From a virus, in IMG/VR virus record IMGVR_UViG_3300035698_014029, positions 1 to 64,000 of that record: DNA of 64,000 nt. One strand, written 5' to 3'. Below, one piece after another: positions 56,844 to 64,000 of this stretch. The notes below the pieces were generated by a model, which worked only from the letters and a program-made list of their open reading frames with translations, was not told the origin of the DNA and did not search any database. Positions within the stretch are counted from its first letter, which is position 1. Each line of letters starts with the position of its first letter. A program made the position numbers and the translations under genes.

Positions 56844-57884
56844 ATGAAAAAACCAATATTAATAATAAGTAGTGATTGGCATATTAAGCCATCTAATATA
56901 GACTCTATTATAGAACTTATTAAGCAAAAAATAAAATTAGCTAAAAAATTAAATTGTACTAATTTAGCTTGTCTTGGGGATATATTTCAAAGTAGACAAT
57001 CACAGCCGTTATCAGTTCTAAAATGTTTTGAAATTATATTGGATTTAATTAAAGAAGCAGAAATGGAATTAGTATGTATAAGTGGGAATCATGATAAAAC
57101 TGATTATCAATCAACTAATTCATTTTTAGATCAATTTCAATGGCATCCTGCTTTAAAATTAATAAGAATATACGAAGGACTTCTAATAAAAGACGATATT
57201 AAATTATGGTTTTTACCTTTTTTCGAAGAAAAATTATGGTTAGATGACTTTGATGAAAATATTATTAATAAGGTAAAAGAACAAGATAAATATAAACATA
57301 TCTTAATGTCTCATCAATCCTTTAATGGTTCAGTTAATAATGATGGAAGTAAACAAGAAAATTCATTAAAGGTAGGATTATTTAAAGATTTTTTTAAAGT
57401 ATTTTTAGGACATTTCCATAATATGCATCAAATAGGGAAAAATATTTATCACCTTCCTTCTATTCAGGCTAATAACTTTGGAGAAAACAATGAGAAAGGA
57501 TTTACAGTATTATATGATGATGGAAGTCATGAATTAATACAAAGTACATTCTCTAAATATGAAACTATTAAAATTGATTTAGATAAAACTTCTAAAAAAG
57601 ATTTAAACAAATTAATCACAAGTCACGGTGGAAGTGATGATCATATAAGATTTAAATTAATTGGAGCTGAAGAAAAAATAAAAGCAATTAAGAAAGAAGA
57701 ATTTTCAGTTGCAGGAATAGAAGTAACATGTGATATTACAGATGCAGAATATGAAGCTTTAGAAATAGAACAAGTAGAACTTACTAAAGATACCATTAAA
57801 GATGAATTTAAAGTATGGTGTGATAAAAATGAAAAAGATTATAATACTGGAATTGAATATATAAATAAAAAATTTGGAAAATAA
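56844..57884 (+). CDS. sbcD: SbcD/Mre11-like (gp47-like) metallophosphoesterase nuclease
   Basis: SDWH, LGDIF, ISGNHD, SHQ, LGHFH, NFGE...KGF. Confidence 0.88.
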   Translation: MKKPILIISSDWHIKPSNIDSIIELIKQKIKLAKKLNCTNLACLGDIFQSRQSQPLSVLKCFEIILDLIKEAEMELVCISGNHDKTDYQSTNSFLDQFQWHPALKLIRIYEGLLIKDDIKLWFLPFFEEKLWLDDFDENIINKVKEQDKYKHILMSHQSFNGSVNNDGSKQENSLKVGLFKDFFKVFLGHFHNMHQIGKNIYHLPSIQANNFGENNEKGFTVLYDDGSHELIQSTFSKYETIKIDLDKTSKKDLNKLITSHGGSDDHIRFKLIGAEEKIKAIKKEEFSVAGIEVTCDITDAEYEALEIEQVELTKDTIKDEFKVWCDKNEKDYNTGIEYINKKFGK

Positions 57885-59905
57885 TGGCAAAAGGTAAATT
57901 AGACGATTTAATAGAAGATATAGAAAAGACTTTTGGTAAAGGAGCTGTTTCTGATATGGAACATAAAGTTGAAGGTATTGAATGGATTCCTTCCGGTTCA
58001 TTAGGAGTAGATATTGCTACTGGAGGTGGATATCCAAAAGGTAGAATAATTGATATAACAGGATTAGAGAGTTCCGGGAAAACAACATTAGCTATTCATG
58101 CTATGGTAGAAGCTCAAAAGCAAGGTGGAATAGTTGGTTTTGTAGATGCTGAACATGCATTTGATGTTTATTATGCAAGAAATTTAGGATTAGATACAAA
58201 TAAAGATAAATGGTTAATTTCACAACCCTCGTCTGGAGAAGAAGGATTAGAAATAGTTGAAAAGTTTGTTAGGTCTGGATTATTTTCAGTTGTAGTAATA
58301 GATTCTGTTGCTGCATTAACTCCTAAAGCTGAAATAGATGGGGCGTTTGGTGATGCGAAAATGGGACTTCAAGCAAGATTAATGTCTCAAGCAATGAGAA
58401 AATTAGTAGGAATAGTTCATAAAAGTAATACAGTTGTTATTTTTATTAATCAAATAAGAATGAAAATTGGAGTTATGTTTGGATGTTTTTCTTATAATTC
58501 TAGAATTATTTTAGAAGATGGATCTACTGAAAAAATAGGTAAAATAGTGAATCAAAAATTACCTATAAAAGTAATGTCATTTAACCAAAAAACAGGAAGA
58601 TGTGAATCTAAAAAGATATTAAATTATTATAAAAATGGTAAAGCTGATAAATTTTATAAATTTATCATAGAAAAACCTTATGGAAATGGCAGAAGTCAAT
58701 TTAAATGTACTCCTAATCATTTAATATTTACCCCATTTGGAGAAAGAATGGCTGAAGAGTTAGAGATAAATGATTTAATTTTAGCTAAAGATATTTATTT
58801 ATTAAGTAAAATTCAAAAGGAAATTATTTATGGATCTTTACTTGGAGATGGTTCAATAAAAAAGAATGGTGTATTTAGAATAGGTCATGGTGGAAAACAA
58901 ATAATATATTGTAAATGGAAACAGTCTTTTTTTAGAAATATAGTAACAAGTAGTTATGAAAATTCTAAAAAAGGATGGAATTTTGAAATAAAAAGATGTG
59001 CTGAGAATAGTAAACTTAGAAGAGAATTATATTTAAAACAAGGAAGATTTTTATCATCTAATTTTTTAGATAAATTAACTCCATTAAGTATATCTATTTG
59101 GTATATGGATGACGCATGTTTAAGTGGAAGTCATAAAAAATGGGGATATGGTAAAATTGAAATATCTGTAAAAAAATATGATACAGATCTTATTGAGTTA
59201 TTAGCTTATCAATTAAATAAAGAATTTTTAATATTTCCAACTATAACAAGTAGAAAAATTTTATTATTTTCAGGGGAAGAATCAAAAAAGATACAGGAAT
59301 TAGTATGTAAATATATTCATCCATCAATGCAATATAAATTGTCTCATCATTTTCAAAATAAATTTGAGACAATTTGGACAACATTTAAAAAACCTACATG
59401 GGAAATGACTAAAATGAGAATTTTAAGTAAAAAAGAAATAGTTATGCATTCTAAATATATGACTAAATTTGATTTAGAAATTGAAGATAATCATAATTAT
59501 TTAGTAGATGGAGTTGGAGTTCATAATTCACCCGAAACTTCTCCTGGAGGATTTGCTCTTAAGTTTTATTCTTCTATTCGAATTGATATACGAAGAATTG
59601 GTCAAAATAAAGATGGTGAAGAAGTAGTATCTAATAGAACAAGAGTTAAGGTTATTAAAAATAAAGTAGCCCCACCTTATAAAAAAGCTGAGTTTGATAT
59701 TGAATTTGGTACAGGAATTTCAAAAATTGGAGAAATAATTGATTTTGGAGTTGCTGGAGAAATTATTAAAAAAAGCGGTTCTTGGTTTAGTTATGGCGAA
59801 ACAAAACTAGGACAGGGAAGAGAAGCTGTTAAACAACTTTTAAAAGATAATCCTGAATTAACAGAAGAACTTGAAATAAAAATTAGAAAAAAATTAAAAA
59901 TATAA
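57884..59905 (+). CDS. recA: RecA recombinase precursor containing an intein
   Basis: [59 protein letters not shown]|intein|[16 protein letters not shown]. Confidence 0.95.
   Translation: MAKGKLDDLIEDIEKTFGKGAVSDMEHKVEGIEWIPSGSLGVDIATGGGYPKGRIIDITGLESSGKTTLAIHAMVEAQKQGGIVGFVDAEHAFDVYYARNLGLDTNKDKWLISQPSSGEEGLEIVEKFVRSGLFSVVVIDSVAALTPKAEIDGAFGDAKMGLQARLMSQAMRKLVGIVHKSNTVVIFINQIRMKIGVMFGCFSYNSRIILEDGSTEKIGKIVNQKLPIKVMSFNQKTGRCESKKILNYYKNGKADKFYKFIIEKPYGNGRSQFKCTPNHLIFTPFGERMAEELEINDLILAKDIYLLSKIQKEIIYGSLLGDGSIKKNGVFRIGHGGKQIIYCKWKQSFFRNIVTSSYENSKKGWNFEIKRCAENSKLRRELYLKQGRFLSSNFLDKLTPLSISIWYMDDACLSGSHKKWGYGKIEISVKKYDTDLIELLAYQLNKEFLIFPTITSRKILLFSGEESKKIQELVCKYIHPSMQYKLSHHFQNKFETIWTTFKKPTWEMTKMRILSKKEIVMHSKYMTKFDLEIEDNHNYLVDGVGVHNSPETSPGGFALKFYSSIRIDIRRIGQNKDGEEVVSNRTRVKVIKNKVAPPYKKAEFDIEFGTGISKIGEIIDFGVAGEIIKKSGSWFSYGETKLGQGREAVKQLLKDNPELTEELEIKIRKKLKI
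58484..59527 (+). mobile_element. Intein with LAGLIDADG homing endonuclease (348 aa) in recA
   Basis: Starts [22 protein letters not shown]; block [11 protein letters not shown]; LAGLIDADG-like YGSLLGDGS and IWYMDDA; ends [14 protein letters not shown] before Ser. Confidence 0.92.
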
Positions 59906-59909
59906 TAAT

Positions 59910-61787
59910 ATGTGGCAACCAATTAAAATTCATATTAAAGATTTTATGTCTTTTCCCGAAGAAGAAATGTCTTTTTTGTTAAGTATTCCTGCTATTATTC
60001 AAGGAGAAAATAAAAGTGATGATGGTCAAGAATCAAATGGTTCTGGTAAATCTGCTCTTCAAGAAGCTTTTTATAGAAATCTTACTGGTTCATCTATTCG
60101 AAAAGGAATTAGAGATAAAGATTTGATTAAAAACTTTTGCAATGAAGCAATTATTGAATCTTGGCTAAAAAACACTATTACTAAAGAAGAACTTTATATA
60201 AAAAGAACTATTCATCAGAAAAAATCTGAAATTCTTTATATAGAAATTAATGGCGAAGATCAAAAAGATAAATTTGCTACTATTAAGGACGGAAATAGAG
60301 TTTTATTAGAAGATATTTTATGTATTACTAAAGAAGATATTGATAATTGTTATATTCTTAATCGAGAGAAATATGTTTCTTTCTTCTTTACATCTGATAC
60401 TAAAAAGAAAGAACTTATTGGAAGATTTTCAAATGCTAATTTAGTTCAAGGAGTAGATAAATATGTTGAAGCAGATGTAGATGTTATCCAAAAACAATAT
60501 GACAAGCTAAATAATGATATAACATCTATAAATGGTAAAATAGAGTACCTTAATGAAGAGTTAACTGAGTTTGACATAGAAACACTTAAAGAAGAGAGAA
60601 AAGAAGAAATTGAGGCTTTAAATGAGAAAATTAAAGTATTAAGTAAATCATCTAAAGAAGATATAGAATATTTAGCAGTTCTTGTAAAAGAAGTTAATAA
60701 ATTAGATGAATCTAAACATGGGATAGAATTAAAGAAAATACAAGAATATTTAAATGAAGCTTCTAATATTAAGATTGACTTAAATAAAGAAATCGAAAAT
60801 TCAGAAGAATTAATTGATGAATATCAAGATTTAATTGCTGAATTGAAAAATAAAATTAGAGGTCAGGTAACTTGTCCTAAATGTGCTAATATATTTGTAG
60901 CAGGAGACCCATCTATAATTATAGAAAAAGTACAAAAATCTATTTCTGATAAAGAAGCAGATGTGGATGAAGTACAAAAAACCATAGATAAAAAACAAGG
61001 GAATGTAACTGAAGCAAAAGAGATTTTTAGTGATCTCACTACAAAAGAAGATGTTATTCGTAAAAAAATAACAAAGATTTCTGATGAGAAAACCACTATT
61101 CAAAAAGAAGTTCAGAGGTTAGAAGTTTCTACTGTTGGAGATAAAGAGAAATTAAAAAAATACAATGAAGATATTAAAGATTTGGGAGAAGAAATAGAAG
61201 ATAAAACATCCAATATAAAAAAGAAAATATCAGAATTTGAAAAAGATATCTTAAAAGTTGAGAAACAGAAAAAGATAAAAGAAGATGATATGTTTGAAAT
61301 AAAGCAATGGATATTTAATTTCAAAAGTTTCTTCTCTCATTTAACTAATAAATCACTTAAACTAATTGAATTCAAAACTAATGAACAATTAGAAGCAATG
61401 AGAAGTGATTTACGTATTCGAATTGAAGGAATTAAAGTATTAGCTACTGGAGAACTTCGTGAGAATATTACTCCTGAGATATTAAGGGATGGTTTTGTAA
61501 CCGGAGTATTTGGTAAACTATCTGGCGGTGAACGTGTTAGAGTTGAAGCTGGGAATATATTAGCTCGACAATCAATTATTAATAACACTTCTAAAAAAGG
61601 TGGATTAGACTTTATTTGGATAGATGAAATTTTTGATCAGTCAGATAAACTAGGGATTGATTTATTAATGAAAGCCTTAGAACCATTAAAGAAAACTATA
61701 CTTATAACAACTCAAATACAGTCTGATTTTAATCATACAACTATTAAAGTAGTTAAAGAAAATGATGAATCTAAAATTGAAATATAA
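59910..61787 (+). CDS. sbcC: SbcC/Rad50-like (gp46-like) ATPase
   Basis: Walker A NGSGKS, coiled coil with Zn hook CPKC, signature LSGGE, Walker B IWIDEIFD. Confidence 0.9.
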   Translation: MWQPIKIHIKDFMSFPEEEMSFLLSIPAIIQGENKSDDGQESNGSGKSALQEAFYRNLTGSSIRKGIRDKDLIKNFCNEAIIESWLKNTITKEELYIKRTIHQKKSEILYIEINGEDQKDKFATIKDGNRVLLEDILCITKEDIDNCYILNREKYVSFFFTSDTKKKELIGRFSNANLVQGVDKYVEADVDVIQKQYDKLNNDITSINGKIEYLNEELTEFDIETLKEERKEEIEALNEKIKVLSKSSKEDIEYLAVLVKEVNKLDESKHGIELKKIQEYLNEASNIKIDLNKEIENSEELIDEYQDLIAELKNKIRGQVTCPKCANIFVAGDPSIIIEKVQKSISDKEADVDEVQKTIDKKQGNVTEAKEIFSDLTTKEDVIRKKITKISDEKTTIQKEVQRLEVSTVGDKEKLKKYNEDIKDLGEEIEDKTSNIKKKISEFEKDILKVEKQKKIKEDDMFEIKQWIFNFKSFFSHLTNKSLKLIEFKTNEQLEAMRSDLRIRIEGIKVLATGELRENITPEILRDGFVTGVFGKLSGGERVRVEAGNILARQSIINNTSKKGGLDFIWIDEIFDQSDKLGIDLLMKALEPLKKTILITTQIQSDFNHTTIKVVKENDESKIEI

Positions 61788-62224
61788 TGGATGAAATATT
61801 TGAAATAAAAACAGATAATTTAGGATTTATGACTAATATGCCAGATTTTAAATCTATAGGAGATGCAATGAGACATGGTATTAATGTCGCAGAATATTAC
61901 AAATCAAAAGGAGTTTTAATGTATGCTTTTTCAGGAGGACCAATGCATCCTTTATCTGGCAATGCATCAAGATTAGAAAAGTATGACATTAAAGCATTTG
62001 CAACTAATGGTTGTGAAGTTACTTCAACCTCAGAATCATGGCAGAAATGTTTTAATATTGTTATGAATTATTCAAAAATTCCTAAATTAGATACTATACT
62101 TGAAATTCTTATTGGAGATATAATTTATAAAGATAAAGAATTTTCTAAAGAATATGATGATCTTTACTATACTCAATTTAAGAAAGGGGTAAGTCCATCA
62201 TCTATTAATTTTATTTATATTTAA
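61787..62224 (+). CDS. Hypothetical protein
   Basis: 145 aa; TAATG coupling to sbcC. Confidence 0.5.
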   Translation: MDEIFEIKTDNLGFMTNMPDFKSIGDAMRHGINVAEYYKSKGVLMYAFSGGPMHPLSGNASRLEKYDIKAFATNGCEVTSTSESWQKCFNIVMNYSKIPKLDTILEILIGDIIYKDKEFSKEYDDLYYTQFKKGVSPSSINFIYI

Positions 62225-62241
62225 TTTAAAAACTAAATAAT

Positions 62242-62469
62242 ATGTGTAAAGATTGTGAATGTGGGGAACACAATAATATCCAATCAGTAACAGAGCAAGA
62301 CCTAGCTCAACAATTTCAATCAGATACAGGTTCTATGCCTAATCTAAAGCCAGATGAATATCGTAAATGGTTAGAAAGAAGAGTAATTAATCAACAAAAT
62401 CATCGGAAAGTAATTAAATCTTGTAACGATGAAATTAATAAAGTAATGGATGACGATCTAAATGAGTAA
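62242..62469 (+). CDS. Hypothetical protein
   Basis: 75 aa; N-terminal CKDCEC. Confidence 0.45.
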   Translation: MCKDCECGEHNNIQSVTEQDLAQQFQSDTGSMPNLKPDEYRKWLERRVINQQNHRKVIKSCNDEINKVMDDDLNE

Positions 62470-63013
62470 AGATATCTATATGGGTATAGACCCAGGAAAG
62501 CAAGGATTTTTTACCTTTAATATAGGTGAAGAATTGTTTTTTAAACATATGGAAAATTTTGTCATAGGTAAAGAATACTCTTCTTTATTAATTGGAGAAT
62601 TCTTTAAACAATTTGAAGGAATTTCTATGCATGTAGTGTTAGAAGATGTTCATTGTGATCCTCAGTGGACCGCCTTAACTAACTGGTCTTTAAGTAGAAA
62701 TAAAGCTTTAATAGAACAAGCTCTTGCTGATTATAAGATACCTAATACTCTTGTTAATCCTCAAACATGGCAAAAAGAAATGTTTCAAGGAATACCTGAA
62801 ATGAGAAAACCTTCTGTAACAGTTAAAAGAAAAGATGGGACTACTTATTTAAAGAAGGGTAGAAGAGAAACTAAGCCAATGTCAATATTGGCAGCTCAAA
62901 GACTTTTCCCTAATGTTAATTTAGCTCATGGTAAAACAGCAAGAGCTACTAAACCTCATGATGGTAAAAGTGATTCGTTATTAATATATGAATATTGTAG
63001 AAGAAAATTCTAA
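62462..63013 (+). CDS. RuvC-like Holliday junction resolvase
   Basis: MGIDPGKQG, VVLEDVH, VNPQTWQK, AQRLFP, HDGKSDSLLI. Confidence 0.85.
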   Translation: MSKDIYMGIDPGKQGFFTFNIGEELFFKHMENFVIGKEYSSLLIGEFFKQFEGISMHVVLEDVHCDPQWTALTNWSLSRNKALIEQALADYKIPNTLVNPQTWQKEMFQGIPEMRKPSVTVKRKDGTTYLKKGRRETKPMSILAAQRLFPNVNLAHGKTARATKPHDGKSDSLLIYEYCRRKF

Positions 63014-63017
63014 AAAA

Positions 63018-63128
63018 ATGAATAAACAAGAAGAATATACTAAGAAAAAATATCAAAAACGTGACAGAATAATAGCTATTATTGTATTAATAGTTGTCAC
63101 TATATTTGTAATAATTAATTTATTTTAA
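63018..63128 (+). CDS. Small single-TM protein (36 aa)
   Basis: Translated by hand: MNKQEEYTKKKYQKRDRIIAIIVLIVVTIFVIINLF. Confidence 0.4.
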   Translation: MNKQEEYTKKKYQKRDRIIAIIVLIVVTIFVIINLF

Positions 63129-63131
63129 ATA

Positions 63132-63449
63132 ATGAAAGTAGAATTAAATACAGTCGAAAAAACTATAAAAATACAAGAGTCTGTAGAGATAGGAGAATTT
63201 ATAGATATGTGTAAAAACCTTTTCCCTAATAATATATGGAGAGGATTTACATTAGAAACCAATACTATTATAGAATGGATTAATCCTATACCTTGGACAT
63301 ATCCTATTTATTATGAAGGAACAACAGCTCCTATATGGCCACCAGATAGAACTTGGATAACTTGCTCTGGAAATTCATCTCCTGATGAATATACTACTAA
63401 TATTCAATTAACTCCTGGAACATTTTGTATAGATTACATAAGACAATAA
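63132..63449 (+). CDS. Hypothetical protein with Pro/Trp-rich tail
   Basis: 105 aa; WINPIPWTYP...PIWPP..TWITC. Confidence 0.55.
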   Translation: MKVELNTVEKTIKIQESVEIGEFIDMCKNLFPNNIWRGFTLETNTIIEWINPIPWTYPIYYEGTTAPIWPPDRTWITCSGNSSPDEYTTNIQLTPGTFCIDYIRQ

Positions 63450-63453
63450 AGAT

Positions 63454-64000
63454 ATGGGAAAATTAAATAAATTAATGGTACATTGTACTGACAGCCCAGC
63501 AGGAAGAGCAGTATCATCTGGAGAAATTCATCAATGGCATAGAAGCCCATTAGAATTAGAAAATGGAGAAATAAAATATATGCGTAAAGTATATTCATCC
63601 AGAAAAGATCTTCCTAATGAGAAAATAAACGGAATAGATATTAAATTACTTTCTGGTCGAGGATGGTCTAAAGTAGGATACACAGCTATGATTCATTTAG
63701 ACGGAACATTAGAAGTCTTAGTAGATCATAATGAAGATAATTGGGTAGACTCTAGTGAGATAACTAATGGAGCTGCAGGGTTTAATGGAAATACTCGACA
63801 TATCGTTATAGTTGGAGGAACAGGCTTTAATATGGCAGATTTTGATGAAGTATTAACTTCTCAACAATTTGTTACTTTACAAATTTATATTAAAGAATTC
63901 CTTGGAAAACATCCAGAATGTCAAGTGTTAGGTCATTATCAAGTAAACCCTAATAAAGGTTGTCCTGGATTTAATATGCCAAAGTTTTTAAAGTTTATCA
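63454..64000 (+). CDS. N-acetylmuramoyl-L-alanine amidase (Amidase_2, T7 lysozyme-like endolysin), truncated by the window end
   Basis: Not in the ORF track; translated by hand: LMVHCTDSP...IHQWH...RGWSKVGY...NGAAGFN...IVIVGG...T..Q...VLGHYQVNPNKGCPGFN (Zn ligands H, H, C). Confidence 0.88.
   Translation, partial: MGKLNKLMVHCTDSPAGRAVSSGEIHQWHRSPLELENGEIKYMRKVYSSRKDLPNEKINGIDIKLLSGRGWSKVGYTAMIHLDGTLEVLVDHNEDNWVDSSEITNGAAGFNGNTRHIVIVGGTGFNMADFDEVLTSQQFVTLQIYIKEFLGKHPECQVLGHYQVNPNKGCPGFNMPKFLKFI

Noticed and set aside
693-61588. Minus-strand ORFs in the six-frame track
   Set aside because: All are short, lie antisense to well-supported + strand genes and lack motifs; treated as shadow ORFs
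1-64000. Prophage within a bacterial chromosome (given recA, dnaE, sbcCD)
   Set aside because: These genes are divergent, co-oriented and interleaved with terminase and phage hypotheticals; no host housekeeping operons, integrase or repressor are seen

Overview
A 64 kb segment of a large, very AT-rich, contractile-tailed (myovirus-type) dsDNA phage. Essentially all genes are on the + strand, with no tRNA, rRNA, CRISPR array, integrase or reverse transcriptase visible. Five TTTG-N19-21-TAnnTTTG promoters and AT-rich start regions without a Shine-Dalgarno sequence point to a Bacteroidota host. Layout: (1) 1-9.1 kb, mosaic fibre/decoration and LamG-like proteins; (2) 9.1-38.5 kb, an SPO1/Twort-like (Herelleviridae-type) virion module with NUDIX head-region protein, GIY-YIG homing endonuclease, prohead protease, scaffold, major capsid, neck, sheath, tube, chaperones, tape measure and baseplate, interrupted by an island of small genes at 27.1-29.1 kb; (3) 38.6-64 kb, replication/recombination genes (PAPS-reductase family, DnaQ-like exonuclease, displaced terminase large subunit, C5 DNA methyltransferase, helicase, primase, DnaE polymerase, SSB, SbcD, intein-containing RecA, SbcC, RuvC-like resolvase) and a truncated amidase. 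The most striking observation is a complete Zn-finger HNH endonuclease gene encoded in the +1 frame wholly inside the variable region of the still-open methyltransferase ORF, with the cassette flanked by an 18-bp duplication of the translation start region. Other highlights: a similar junction duplication around the GIY-YIG gene, a fixed-spacing AAGATATA box in all host-type promoters, a four-copy modular paralog family, a circularly permuted DUF1566-like domain, and short synonymously recoded patches in essential genes. Functional calls come from motif recognition by eye, with no database searches.
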